Part shown: positions 26,681 through 41,672 of the stretch, in pieces | How the letters are laid out: each line of letters starts with the position of its first letter | Position numbering within the stretch: the first letter of the stretch is position 1 | Source of the DNA: Chrysomallon squamiferum | Lineage: Eukaryota; Animalia; Mollusca | Reading direction: 5' to 3' | Assembly: GCA_012295275.1 (NCBI GenBank) | Contig: CM022670.1 | Location: 11,718,001-11,782,000 of the forward strand | Length of the DNA stretch: 64,000 bases | The notes under the pieces: generated by a model | The model's input: the letters and a program-made list of their open reading frames with translations, nothing else | Told to the model about the DNA's origin: nothing | Database searches by the model: none | Program-made: the position numbers and the translations under genes

Positions 26681-29419
26681 TCCAAATGGAAAATAAAAAT
26701 GTATCAGTAACTATGCAAGCAGGTTCTTTCTTGTTGTTGTTGTTGTTGTTGTTATTATTATTATTATTATTATTATTTTTATTTTATTATAACTTTAATT
26801 ATTATTATTATTATTATAATTATTTTAGCCAATCCCCAATTTAAACAGATACACACATATCTAGATAGTACAAAAATAAAAAAAAAAAAAAAAAAAAAAT
26901 TTAATAATATTAACAATAATAAAACCATTCAGTGAAAGACTTGTTGTTTTTAATAAAGACTTTAAACTGGAATAAGAAGAGTTATTAAATTACAATAATT
27001 GGTCAAAGGTGGTTAAATATGTTTTAATCTGCTTGCACCGTTTTGGATGAACTTAAACACACACACACAAACACTGCTGTGCAGTAAGACAGAATAGTTA
27101 AAACACAAAAAAAAACACAACAACAACAAAAATAAATAAATCAAAATGAATAAAAAATTAAAAAAACGAATTGTTTTAATTTTTGTTTTTTTTTTTTATA
27201 TATTAAATTAATATTACTGTTTCTGTTGGGGAAAAAATCAATATGATAAAAAATAAACTACTTCAAACTTTGGATTTTTTTTTTAAAAAAAAAAAATTAA
27301 ACAGTCTTAAAGAATAAAAATATAATAAATAAATAAATTAGAAAATGAAACAATGAGAAAATACCCAGTTGAAAATAAACATATGCCACCTGATAAGCAT
27401 TTGTTATTTGAGTGACTATTTTTGATTACACTACATATGCAACACATATTCACCAAGCCAAAAATGCTGAATGTTTGATTTTATACCATATACAGCAAAT
27501 TTTTACATAATAAGAAATTCATAAATTCTGTTAATTACAGAATTATTTTATAATTATTACTATTTTTAATACTGACTGAATTTCACATTTAAATTAACAA
27601 AAAAACTGGGACCTGTAAGACCATAAAGAATTTTAAAAATTTGTTATAACAAACTGAACATGTCCATTTTTAATATTCAATAAAGCTTTTAATTTTATTA
27701 AAATTAATGACAATTAACTTTTTTTTTTTAAATCAAGATCCTGATAGAATAGAAAAAAAGAATTATTTTCCCAAACTAAAATTTTGCTAAATAAAAATGT
27801 CATATAAATTGAAAAACACATATGCTTTAATTTTTAAAGGTTATATGCACAATAAACTTTCCTTATTCAGTGAGATCATATTTTGTTAAATTAAAAAAGA
27901 GTCTATTAAATAAAATAAAATGCATTTGTTTTTAAAATCAATATCTACCAGAAGAATAAAATTTCATTCTCAGAGAATTAAATTAAATTAAAAAACAAAC
28001 ATGCACAGCAGACATCATCACATTCAGTGAAAGTAACATTTTTGTTATATAATAAAAATTGTAGTGAAACGGACCAAAAAAACCCAACCCAAAACGAAAC
28101 GGACTTTTACTATTGATTTATAGTGTATAAAATAAAGGATGTTGTCTGTACATGTAGTTAAATGACTAAAATACTGAGTTGTATCTCAACAGCTGCCACT
28201 GTCCCACACAGGCAACAGCTGTTTATCAGATTGGAATATTAATACTGCACAGACACCATTTTCTCAATTTTTCTTTCTCTAATTTTTAAATTTTTTTTTA
28301 TATTATTATTATTATTATTATTTATCTATTTATTTATTTTTAACCAGTATAATTATTTATACGAGTAATGAAAAATTTATGAGTTTTTGATAAATTAATG
28401 TTTTTATATAAAATATTATTGCAACAAGCACAGGTAAATAATTTGTCAAAAGACAAAGGTATTATCTGTTTGAGAATAAATATTAATATAATTTTAGTAG
28501 TTGAAAAAAGAAAAGAAAAAAAGACTTGTAAATTTAATAATTGTAAAAAAAACCCCACCCCATTGATGTTTAGATTTTATTTTTATTTAATGATGGCTGT
28601 GTTTACTGGTTTGATAAAGCTTTCAATGTAATTAGGTGTATCCATAATTGCTAAACAGACAGGTCCTTCATGCTAGAGTCACATGGGGTCAGACAGGTGA
28701 GGGACTGGGCACTTTGTTTGAAGATAACTCTCAACAGGTGTTACCAGCCACTCTTCAGCTAGTTCACCTTACAGGTGATTCACAAAGAGAGAGAAAGAGA
28801 GAAGATAACATTTTAGAACTGAAAAACGTAAAATAAAATAATAATAAAATACAAAATATATATATTAATGAACTTTGTAAACAATTACGAATGTGAATAA
28901 TTAAAAAACAAAAATATTAAAATATTAAAAATATTTAAAAATTTTTATTTATTTTTCTCGTGTTTATATCATCGTACACCTGTTGCATTGATCCACTTTA
29001 AAGGTGTGTGTGAGATGTACTACTCTATTCAGGTGATGGTAAATAACCTGAAACCTACTCACAGAACACATAATGTATAGATTTCTCTTTTGTTTTTGAT
29101 TAACATGACGACATTAACATTAACGTAAATCAGGATTTTTAAACTATTTGGTTACAGATCATTACCGCATTTCATTTACACTAATTTACATAAACTATGA
29201 TAATCTGCTTAGTTCTTCCACACTCATGTCATTAAATGTTCATAATGATAAATATATTCTGAGGGGTTTTTTTTTGTTCATCTTTAATGGAACATTCTGT
29301 TTATTCATAACTGTTTAAATAACCCATTTGGTTTATCATTATGGAGCCTACGATTATTTATGGTGTAATAATTGATTTTAAAGTAATGCTGCTTGTATGT
29401 TGTACTGTATGTCGTTTTG

Positions 29420-30292
29420 TTTAAATAATCTATTGTTACAATATAGTGTATTACAGGTTGTTGAAATAATCTGTTGTTACAATCTATGCTATTCATTGTT
29501 TAAATAATCTATCGTTTCAACCAAGTATATTACAAGTTGTTGAAATAATCTGCTTATGCTATCTATGTTATTCATTGTTTAAATAATCTATGGTTTCGAC
29601 CTAGTATATTACAGGTTGTTGAAATAATCTGTTTGTGCTATCTATGTTATTCATTGTTTAAATAATCTATGGTAATTATTGTTTAAATAATCTATGTTAT
29701 TCATTGTTTAAATAATCTATTGTTTTCATTGTTTAAATAATCTAGTAAATAATCTGTTGTTAAAATCAATTTTATTTGTTTAAATTGTTATTCAAAATAA
29801 TCTATCGTTTCAACCTAGTATATTACAGGTTGTTGTATCTGTTGTTAAAATCTATGTTATTCATTGTTTAAATAATCTATCGTTTCGAACTAGTATATTA
29901 CAGGTTGTTGAAATAATCTGTTGTTAAAATCAATTTTACTCATTGTTTAAATAATCTATGTTATTCATTGTTTAAATAATCTATCGTTTCGACCTAGTAT
30001 ATTACAGGTTGTTGAAATAATCTGTTGTTAAAATCAATTTTACTCATTGTTTAAATAATCTATCGTTTCGACCTAGTATATGCTTGTTCTATCTATGTTA
30101 TTCATTGTTTAAATAATCTATCGTTTCGAACTAGTATATTACAGGTTGTTGAAATAATCTGTTGTTAAAATCAATTTTACTCATTGTTTAAATAATCTAT
30201 GTTATTCATTGTTTAAATAGTCTATGTTACTCATTGTTTAAATAATCTATCGTTTCAACCTAGTATATTACACGTTGTTGAAATAATCTGCT
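29420..30292. repeat. Higher-order minisatellite (79-bp unit plus ~24-bp subunit)
   Basis: attcattgtttaaataatctat at 29491, 29570 and 29649 (period 79). It also occurs as short subunit runs interspersed with cgtttcgacctagtatattacaggttgttgaaataatctg. Confidence 0.95.
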
Positions 30293-30909
30293 TGTGGCTA
30301 TGATATATGACGAGTTGTTGGTATAAGGAAATATGTGAACAGGGAAGCAATTAGTGACTGTGGATTACAAGATGGAATGATACATCACAGCTAAGTATTT
30401 CCTGGTAGAGATAATGGTTTAGACATGGAAGGAAGTGGAAAGTATTCCCATACATTAGTTTCATTCTGTTTCACTAATCGTGGTTACGTTGAGTTAAGGG
30501 CCGTTTTTCCCTTGAGGCAAGATTCCACACTGACGTCATTATGCATGGGAAAAGTCCAACACAGCTATAGTTTAAATGTTTTAAAGGTTGTTTTTTTTTT
30601 TTTTTTATATATATGAATAAGAATGTAGTTTAATGTCATGAAAGTTTATCATTTCTAGGTATGTCGGGAATTAGTGTTTATGCTAAATAATAAAACAGAA
30701 TCGAAGAGGTGATATGTACATTCATTTTTATTTCCATTTATATATATATATATATGTTTTAATTTTTAAAAAGAAAATTTAAGCAAGTTGTTTATCATCA
30801 TCATTATAATTATTATTGCATATGACAAGCTGTGCCTTACGTCAATTATTGGATGTACAATATCACTCGATTATTTCAGACTGAATTTCTACAAATTAAC
30901 ATATGTTTG

Positions 30910-30941
<32 letters not shown>

Positions 30942-31439
30942 AAAAAAATCAAATAAATGTAAACTTTAACAAAAATAATTTAAAAAAAAAAAAAATAAAA
31001 AAAAAAAAAAATAATTCTTGTAAATAATACTGAGGATATTTCAGCTGTAAGCAAGTACAATAAAAACAATTCTCATTGTTGCTGACGTAAGTAGGCTGTA
31101 TATGAATGGATAATTTATTTCATTTTCCTAGAAAAAATAGAATTACACTGTTTTTTGTTTCTTTGTTGTTGTTTTTTTTGTAGATATTATTAATGTTCAG
31201 TAAACTATTAGAAAATTTATTTCATTTTAATCGCCAAAATACCACCTACAAGATAAAAATTTATTTTAAAGATTTTTTTTTTTTTTTTTTTTTTTCTCCA
31301 TAGACGTAAGGATATTGTCAACTGATACAAATACACATTACTTACAATCAAATAATTCTGGATACTCCAGTATAGTCATCCTACGTATCATACAAATGTA
31401 GACATAATTATATCCAACACTTCAAGCAGAACTGGTTCC

Positions 31440-31560
<121 letters not shown>

Positions 31561-32699
31561 GTTATCTCTGAAAAGAAACATGTGAAGAACAGAGAAGAAC
31601 AGAAAGATTATTAGTTAAGAAAACTAGCGTATGCCAGTCTGGTGAAAGATACACATGTACACATACACTAAACAATTCTAGGGTACACTGCCTGTCAGAA
31701 ATCACTGAACTGTTAATTCGTTGACCTTTCGCAACAGGATGAAAAACTAAATAGGTCAGCCGAGCAAGAATTAATAAGCCGGTTGTTCACCTCAAGAGAA
31801 TATCACTGCGCCAGTTGAGCATGCAGTTTTTATTCACAGGCTGAACAGACAATTAACAGTCAGACCGTGTTGTTACTACTGTTGCATGTTCTGTCTGACA
31901 TTTGTTTCTAATCCTGACACATTCTATAAATACATGCATATCAATAGGGAAGTAAGCCTTTTATTGACATAGTATTTCGATTCATTCACTAACGTTTCCT
32001 GAAAACTGAAATCAGATCGTAAACGAGATAGTGACTCAGTATCGTTAATTTTCGTAGTATGTTTAATATTGTGACACATTAGTGTTACGAAATAATAATA
32101 ATAATAATAACGACGATGATGATAATAATAAATTGAATTATTAGACATTACTTAACAATGCAGATACTATATTATCGCATATAATTTTTTTTAATAATTT
32201 TTTTAAAATTTTAAATTAACTGAATTTTTAATTCACTTGTGGTCTATTATCTCTCTCTGATACTGTTAGTCCAGTATCTGTTCATGTACGTATTTATACA
32301 TGCATTTAATCAATCCATTTGTATGTTGTGTAAACGACACCGTTAGTCCTATACAACTCGTTGCACATTACATTCGTTCTAAAGAAGGTTACCTTTCTTT
32401 TCTGATGCAACTATTGTCTTTGTTACGCTGACGTAATACCAGCTCTCTCGCAACAACAACGCAGTGAATAGTTGTGGGATCATCCAGCCAGTATTCATTC
32501 CCTGCAACACTGTGTATATCAAACTGCCACAAGTGTTATTTCTTTATGACTAGCATGGCAGGGGAAAAAAAAAAGGACAAATTATAGAAAATGACTATAA
32601 TCATGGCAGAAAATTGCTGGCTGGTAAAGGATGGTCCATGTGAAGGAGGAGTTTTATCACTTGTATTTGTTTTTACAACAGAACAGTATTTTTATGTAA

Positions 32700-32840
32700 C
32701 TTCTAGTAACAGTGATGTCCAGTGTGTTATTTTATTTATCAAGTGATTGCTTTATATTGACCATATTTTAATGTAATCTCTAGTGACAGTGATGTCCAGT
32801 GTGTTATTTTATTTATCAAGAGATTACTTTATATTAACTA
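32700..32840. repeat. Two-copy 77-bp tandem duplication
   Basis: cagtgatgtccagtgtgttattttatttatcaag at 32710 and 32787. Confidence 0.9.
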
Positions 32841-34594
32841 ACTTGTTGTAGTCAAGTAGCCTGTATATTTAGAAAATGAACACATTCTGCCATACTTCAT
32901 CTTTCTTTTTTTGTTTTTTGACCTTAGAAAAGAAAATACAACATCAATATATAAAATATGTATCAAATGGTTTCCCTGTCTGAAACGTTGACCTTTCTAA
33001 ATGCCAACAGCTGTTGTACCAAATAACTGCATGCGAAGTTGTTATCATTGCAGGTTGAACATCTTTCAGAGAACACATGTTCTCCAAGACAAGCCGGTAA
33101 TAACTTCAGCAGTGTAATCAGATACCTACTTTAGAAAATATTTCACAAATTAATATCACACTCCTTTGTCTGAATGTTATAACGCTAACCATTATTACAC
33201 AGTGTCCTGAAGATGAGGGAAAGCCTCAGCATGGAAGTTTCAAATCAGAAAAAATATTGGCATAATAAAGTTTATTATCTGCAAATTCAAAATAGTTGTT
33301 ATGTACACAGTCTGTAATTGTAGAGGTTTGTTGGTGAAATAAAACAATGAATTATTAAAGAATATGAGTTTTAGTCTGTTTTTGCTAGAGTAACAGAAAG
33401 AAGAAAATGCAAAGTGTAATTGTGAATTAATCCATTACTTTATATGAAATTAACAGAAAATATAACAATTGAGTCAGATAAAACTAAATCATTTTTATGC
33501 AATGTTTAGTTCAGTTATGCCCCATTTTTTAATATATATATATACCCTTTGATAATAAGAAATACAAAGAAGAGAGGCCGAATGAATTCATAGAGCATAA
33601 TGTTTGAAAAAAAAAAACCCACCATTATAAACTTTGAATTAAAAAACAATTTCTTTCTATACCCATCTAACCATCTATCATGTATTTATTTGTTATTTTG
33701 TCACTGTGAGACTTTTTTTGACAAAGGTAAAGTTTGATTTGGGACCACTTAAAAGACCATACACTAAAATCTGTGTGCTTCTTCATGTCAGGGCTGAGTG
33801 CTGGATTGATTTACTTGTACCGGAATAGCTATCAACTGGTTTGAGGAAGAATAACTTCTCAAGCATTGTTCTGGTATTTCTGTAGACTGTCAACAGTGCA
33901 CCAGATGCTGAGGACTGAGCACCCAGTCAGTGACAAGAATAATTTCTTCAGTTTTCTCATAAATTAATGCTGAGAGAGTGCAACAAATTATTATGGCCCA
34001 TCTAATGCTCTTTTTCTTCAATTAAAGTATCAATTAGTTTCATTGTCGGGACTATTCAGTGCTACAGTTTGAAGTGTTCAAACTTTAAACGATTTTAAGA
34101 CTGGGAGGTCCTTTGGAAATTGTTTTAGATATTAACTTAATGAGAGAAATAATATAATTTGCTTTTTCTTTTTTCAAATACATGTTTTCTTTACCTTTTC
34201 AACCAAATTTCAGTATAGCTTTTCATTTCTAATAATGAATTAAAACATTTGTTAATTATAAATATACATTTGATATAACAAATGCTGCTAATGATAGTGA
34301 AAGGTCCATTTTATTATTACATTTAATGCTATAGTATTTTATTTGTATCTACTGATGCATGTCAGTGTAACACGTTACATTATTCAATACGATGCATGCA
34401 TTGCACAGTGAACTAATTGCTGATTACCAACCAGAAATAAAAACCAGACAGGAGAGAATGAAATATAAATACAAACGGACTGTTTACAAAAAACTCTGGC
34501 ATGTTTTCATAGTATCTGAAAGTCACTTCAACAGAACTCCTTGCTGTTATTAGCCAAACAAAGAACAACTGAAAAATACCAAAGTGAGACAGAC

Positions 34595-34860
34595 TCTGAT
34601 GCAATAATACTGTGTGTTATAACTGTTCTGTTTCATACCTATTCTTGTCTGTCGCTGATACAGTAATAACGTGTCTTGTAACTGTTCTGTTTCATACCTA
34701 TTATCCATTGTTACCAGTCACTGATTGCATCACTAAACTATTGTAACTGTTCTTTCTTATATAAATTGTTATTAGTTGTTGATGCAGTGGTAAAATGTTG
34801 TAACCATTCTTTCTTCTTTCCATTGTTATCTGCAACTGATGCAAATACAAATCTTCTTAT
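34595..34860. repeat. Degenerate ~60-bp tandem repeat, about 4 copies
   Basis: aactgttctgtttcatacctatt at 34621 and 34680, with diverged copies at ~34745 and 34802. Confidence 0.65.
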
Positions 34861-35770
34861 GATGTTATTTTTTGTTTACACAGAATTAATTTATGTCATT
34901 ATGTATACAAATTTAATTTTACTCATCTTTACAAGTATGAATTAAATCATTTTCCAGTTCAGAGAAGAATACATACATACATACATACATTTTAAATCTT
35001 GTTAATATTCACAATAAAATGTGAATAGTTATCCATCTCTTTTCAAACAGTTTTTTAATCTAAATATGAAAGCTAAAAAATTCGCTATTAATAAATTAAT
35101 GTTTTAATTAACTGATAAATTCTTAATTTCAGCTGCTATGCAATGTATCCATAGCAATAACAGTAGTTATTAGTATCTCTTTTGTCACAGTAACATAAGT
35201 AAAATGCCAGTAGTTATTTTTATTTAGTTATGAAGACAAGAAAAATATACTGTCATCTTAAAAACTGCTAGATGTCTGTGTGTGTGTGTGATATCTAGCT
35301 GTGAATTAATAGAATTAATAAGTATGTTACATATCTGTTATTAAAGTTTTAATTTTATTTAATCAGTTTGTTAGGTTTTTCAGTTTTGCATCTTTTCTTG
35401 TTCTTCTAAACCTCTCCAACTGAGCAAAACTGCCCAACTGTTTTCTAACTGAAAAATCCATCCTGACAAAGGTATCGGTTACTGCTCTGTGGAAAGAATC
35501 AATAACTGAATTCAGTCAACCTTTCAAACAAACCATATTTTCATTTCATTAAACCTGTTGATTTTTGTTGTCATGAATACACCAGTGTCACATAATCCAA
35601 CAAAAGAAATAAGAAAACACAAACTGTAATTGTGACTTAATCTGTTAAATAAAATAAAAAAAAAAAAAAAATTATTTCTGAATAACTGATTTGCATTAGA
35701 ACAAAATATTTTATTCCAAATTTTTAAAAATATTTTCTGTTATCAAGAGGTATGCTTTTTTCTTTGTCTG

Positions 35771-35806
<36 letters not shown>

Positions 35807-37654
35807 ACATTGCTTTTACTGTGTTTAAAAAATAATAATAAAAAAATCTCTAGATTATTTGACTTTTTTTTTTAATCTGGAGACACAGATGTCACTAATG
35901 AAAACTCTGTGAAAGGTTATGAGGGTGTCGCAATGTGAAAAACAAAAGATTTTCTTAAGCCTGATTAACTTCCTTATGAAACAAGCCCAGTTTTAGCAAC
36001 AAAAACAGACAGCAGCTTGTGTATTTTTACAGTGTTCATTTTAAATTCCAACTGACAATATAATAATTTTTAAATAAAATAATATCAGGATTAATGGCAT
36101 GTTGTAGTTCTAAAATTTTGTTTCAGCATATTTCTATAAAGACAAATATATTTTAAAAATATAATAAAAAAAAATCATTTTTTTATTCTCATAACTGATT
36201 ATAATATCATGTCTTATATCTATATATATGCATTGTTGAAAATGGAGTTGGGTGAGTTTTAAAAGCATTCAAGGCAGTTTACTTTGGAAAATTTGAAAAT
36301 GATCACAGCTGATAAAGACCTGACTTTGTGAAAGTCATATCTTATCATTTTTCAAATAACTGTCACCTCAGCAGTCTTCCACTAGTTTATCTCACACTGT
36401 TAAAAAAACCTCTAAGTTCACAGCTTAATATTCTCCATGCAGTCTAATTCAGGCAGTTTAATTATCATGTTGAAATACACTAACAGTTGTTTAAACCACG
36501 AAGAACCAAAATAGACCCTTTTCAGTTTATTTGTATTTAACTGCAATTTGTGATACATCAGAATGGTTCTTATAGTCTATACTTCTTGCCACTAACTGCT
36601 GTTTAAAAATTATAACCACTACCAGTACCAGATTATTATAATAAAATACATTAGATAAGAATTACTTTAATGTATCAAGTCATGGAAGTTATTTTTCTCT
36701 CAGTTTTATATCTTTAAACAGTTTATTGGTGCATCTGAATTTTGAAGTCTAGAAATTATTGTTCAGGGTTGAATAATAATATAGCCAAACTGTCCAGTTT
36801 TAACTTAAACAGCAACACCTCATCTTGCCTCATTAGGTTTAAAATGCTTCATATTACACACTTCAGCCCAAAATATGATATGTAGAACCCAGACTGTTAA
36901 ACGACAGTGAACAAAGTATTACTAGCTGTATTTTCCCCGAGGCTGTGAAAAATCTTGGTCATTGTTCACTCCCAATCTCAGATACATCCCTGTGAGTACC
37001 AGTCTACTTAACAGGGCTGGTGGAATGTGCACTTCAACCTTAACCTTAACGTCCTGTAATATTTGCAGTGGTCGCATAGATGCCTCAGAAATAAGCCTTT
37101 GAAAAATAATGATAATAAACAAACGGAGAAAGAAATTGCTCGAGTTTTCGTCGGTTGCACCTGTATTAAAATTACCTGGGAAGTTCATCTAAGTATGTAA
37201 TTTATATACGCTTACTGTGACAGCAGTCGTCTTCTGATGCAAGTTTCTGTTTTGTTTAAATGTTTGTCATCACAGAAAGCCTCGGAAAAACACCTGTCGT
37301 GAGACTATATAAAAGAAAAGGGAAAAAAATAAAAAAAAAAATAAAAAATGAATGAAAGAAATCGAACCCAAATTTGGCACTACGCCATCATTGTTATTGC
37401 GGGTAGATGAGACTGTATAAACCTCGATTCGGTAGAAATATCTTCTGTGACCAGTCTAGTGGAACGATTTCGTGCTAGCAACGCGTGCCATTTGTGACTG
37501 TCCTTAACGACACAGCTTACCAATCTATCTTGTGAAACAAACAACGCGACGATGTCAAGGATGGGAAGGAACACAGGAAGACGAGAGATTTTAAAATTAA
37601 TCTTTTCCCCCAAACTTCCAGATGTTAAACTTCGTTAGAAAGCACGCGATATTG

Positions 37655-37656
<2 letters not shown>

Positions 37657-37750
<94 letters not shown>

Positions 37751-37763
37751 ACACACACACACA
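37657..37763. repeat. (TC)n followed by (AC)n microsatellite
   Basis: Direct reading. Confidence 0.95.
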
Positions 37764-38908
37764 TTGCTCTTACTGAATTTTATTGGCTTTATTTTTAAAA
37801 TTTACTTATTTAAGTATATAAATTAAATAATTATTATTAGTCTGTAATTTTTATTGATACTAACAACATACGAAATACCTGTAAAACAGAAAATATATAA
37901 TAAATATACCAAATGATATACTGAAAAAAGGAATAATAATGCTGATGGAATTTATATGTTAATACTGTTTTAGGTTATAAAGTTTAATTCCGATACGCAC
38001 TTTCTAGTAACTGTAACTTTGTGTCATTTGTGCTATATTGCAGCATGATTGTTCGTACCAATAAAATGGCATTATTTTTATTACCGAACATTGTATTATT
38101 TAATTAACTGTAGCTTTAACGTACAATTAATTCATTACTGGCAGAATTCAGAAAGGATCGGCGACAGTTGGACATAACACAGAATCAGGTGTCAGTATTA
38201 GATACAACGTCGACAGTAATTTAAAAAACCAGTTTCGTATTAGCAGGTTGTAAATTCTAATCTATAACTAATATAACAGCACAAAAATAAAACAGACTTG
38301 TATTCAGATAATTAGCAGTACTAATACTTAAAATAAATAGATTTTACACAATGATATATATAGCGATAATTAGAGAAACAACAGCAACGACAACAACAAC
38401 AACACAACAACATATTCCACGTTCCATGTATTCATTCGATGTGCCATTGTTTTAGAAAATAACAAAATGGCCGAGTATCACTATTATTTAATTGCTAAAA
38501 GGAAGAAGAGAAGCACATCCATTCACTTGCCAAACCTCTCTATATATAAACACAACAAATTGCGACATTAAAATTCTAATAAATTTTGTTGTTTTCATAA
38601 ATACTCATATGCGAACATTTCAACTGAATAATAATAATCTCTGAAATATTATAACCGTGAATAACGAGGAAGCAACGGCTCCAGATTAAAGTGTCATAAA
38701 AGTTTGAGGAGAGGCATCAGTCATTGCAACAAGGACGTACCTGACGTATTCTGATACAACCTTTCACAAGTGATACGACGATCATCGGTGATTTTGATTT
38801 AAAATAAATAAATACCCTTTATATTTACGGTTTTCTGAGACAGTATTATTATTATGTTAAATAAATGTCTCCAGGGACTGACTGGGTCTAAAATTTCATT
38901 GCTGAAAT

Positions 38909-38966
38909 CCAGTGGCGTGCAGAGGTTTGGTTGTGCCCGGGGCTAACTCCTTGATTGCATGCCCCC
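38909..38966 (+). mobile_element. Terminus of the same MITE-like family as 10660-10841
   Basis: ccagtggcgtgcagaggtttggttgtgcccggggctaactccttgattgcatgccccc; about 83% identical to the reverse complement of 10794-10841. Confidence 0.55.
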
Positions 38967-39669
38967 AAGTATAATGCATGTTCTGAAAAATAGTATATAT
39001 GTGTTCCTTGGTAAAACAAAATAAAATCAAGAATTGAAATAAAAACAAATAAAATAAATGTTCCTAAGAGGGAAGTTATACAATATAAACTTCATATGCA
39101 TCTTCTTTTTTTTTTTTTTCCCCATGCAGTGTAGGAATTGGTAATTAAGTTTGTTACCATCCCATAGCCTAGATCTTTCTGCGCAAGTATTAAAAGCCAT
39201 TATAGCTTTTACGACTGCTAAGTCAAACGTTATCTTCTCGTCAGACAGTGCGAGTGTCCAGCAATGTCACGTGTCCCTCAACAGCCGACTCCCAAGGGAT
39301 TATGAAATACCCCTTTACCTCAGACAGGGTCTGATACCTATTCAAATTCAACCGTTTAATCAAAACTATACATTTATTCAAATATGCATTATCAGACGTG
39401 GAATGATTTCATTTAAAACGAATGGAATTGATTTCAAATTTAAAACAGTATTTGGGTTTGTTTTGTTTAACTGTTGACTTAGAATGAAAAGATGTCAGAA
39501 ATCATGGTTTTATTAGATATTGTATCTGTTCTCATTTTATTATCATTATTCATTATTCTCTCTTTGAGACAGTAATTTTTTGTTTTAGTATGCAGTGTCG
39601 CGGGAGGGTTTGCAGTCTATGAAGTGCACTGACTATTTTTATATCAGATATTTGTTAGTTCTAACACAG

Positions 39670-39716
39670 ATCTTACTTTTTCCCCATTAGCAGCAAGGGA
39701 TCTTTTACATCCACAT
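39670..39716 (-). mobile_element. Short SINE core fragment (same family as 20487-20655)
   Basis: tactttttccccattagcagcaagggatcttttacat matches the remembered core block ttagcagcaaggg(a/t)tcttttat. Confidence 0.5.
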
Positions 39717-40136
39717 TGTTATTACCTCCGATCATTTCCAGGAAGGGAAATAACCCGCTCCTTTTCATCTTTGAAATGTTTTAATATTTACCATCTTCAG
39801 TTCTATCTAAGTTATATTTATACCACGGTTTTTTTTTTAAAGCGTATGAAAATTGTGAATCAGATGAAAATAAGAAAGAGAGAAGGGAGGAGAATTAATA
39901 ATTTATTGTAGTCGGCTGTCACATTTAACACCAAACGTTCAGTCTTATTAATCAGTACTTTTAAACCAGGATTTCGGTATGAATGTTCAGTTTGATATTA
40001 TTAAAATCTGATTAGCTGACCTTCAGTAAGCATGTCTGTTTTCAGCGACTGGGTTTCTTTTTCTTCTTTCTTTATGTGTGTTTATGGGATTTTTTCTGTG
40101 AATTCAGATATGCCCTTTTATAAATTACAAGTTTTA

Positions 40137-40148
40137 TATATACATACA

Positions 40149-40180
<32 letters not shown>

Positions 40181-40211
40181 CACACACACATACACATACA
40201 CATACATATAC

Positions 40212-40260
<49 letters not shown>

Positions 40261-40267
40261 TACATAT

Positions 40268-40303
<36 letters not shown>

Positions 40304-40370
40304 ATACACATACACACAATACATAAAACAATATAAAAACTACAAAACACACACACATACACACACACAT
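40137..40370. repeat. (TACA)n/(CATACA)n/(CA)n microsatellite
   Basis: Direct reading. Confidence 0.95.
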
Positions 40371-41668
40371 AAAATGTAAAAACTACAAAACGTAAATGTC
40401 TGTGAAGATTACTCACCAAATCAGAAAAAGAAAATCATAAAAATTTTACGTTCCATTCACCGGTGTCGTAAGTTAAATAAAATCAACGACGGCGACCAAA
40501 GCGGCAAACTTCAGACACTCCTCCCCTACCAAGTTATTTCTTTTTTGCCTCTTTATACGTCAGTTTAACTGAGAAATTCGTAGAGTTAGCATGTCGTCTC
40601 CATTATAAAGATGACATTAAGAACGTCTTCTGAAAATAAAAGTTAACCAGCGCGAATACACTGCACAAGTACGTAAGATAACACACAGCAAAATGACATA
40701 ATTCTTAATTTCAATTCAGTAACAGATAAAGAAAACGACGCCTTTCGATATTATGTTAATCTTGTATATTTAATGTAACAAGAATATGAAGCCAGCACTT
40801 ACATTTATGAATAGGGAAAAAAAAAAGTTTCTCTAATGTCTTGAGAATTCGTGTGTGCGTGTGTGTGTTTCAAAAATAAAAGAGAAAGAGAGAGCCGTAT
40901 TTATAAAATAATATTACCGTGAATGAATTAATATGAAACCAGCTCGATTCTCTTTCTTTTTTTTCAAAATTAACATGAATTCAGATATCACAGTTTATAC
41001 TAACAGTAAATGTGAAATAAACGAATTTTCATTGAAGACGTTTAAAATAAAATAAACCGTTTACATCTTACATTTTTGACAACTCAGTCTGCAATAAACC
41101 CGATGGGATTGCTTTCATGCGCAGTTCGTTTACTATTTCGGTAAGTATTACGTCATGAGTCAGAAGGCAGTCTATCAGCTTAACAATTGATGAGTAGGGG
41201 TTTTCGTCTTCTTCCCCCCCCTACTGTTTTTTTTAACACTTAGAAGATTATTCCCTCTGGCTAGAGTGTTATTGTTAGTAGGTTATATCCCCGCTGAGAT
41301 TCACTAAACAAAATTCTGTGACACACAGATAGTTACGTAAGTATATAATTACAGCGCGTTTGTTTTGACACACACACACACACACACACACAGAAACATA
41401 CACACATACTAAAAAAGAATATCAACATTTACAGTTTATTTTCTTCGTTCTGACATAATAAAGTTTTCTGATTTCCTTATGTCGTTCTGTTTTTGTTTTT
41501 AATGTGAATATTTCGAGTTAATTAATTAATTTATTTTTTAAATTGTTAGAATCTGGGTATCACAAAAGCACTAACTCAAAATCGACAAAATAAATAAATA
41601 AAATAATAATAGTAATAATAATTTTAAAAAAACAATGATAATAATAACAAGCTCTTCTCGATAAAAAG

Positions 41669-41672
<4 letters not shown>

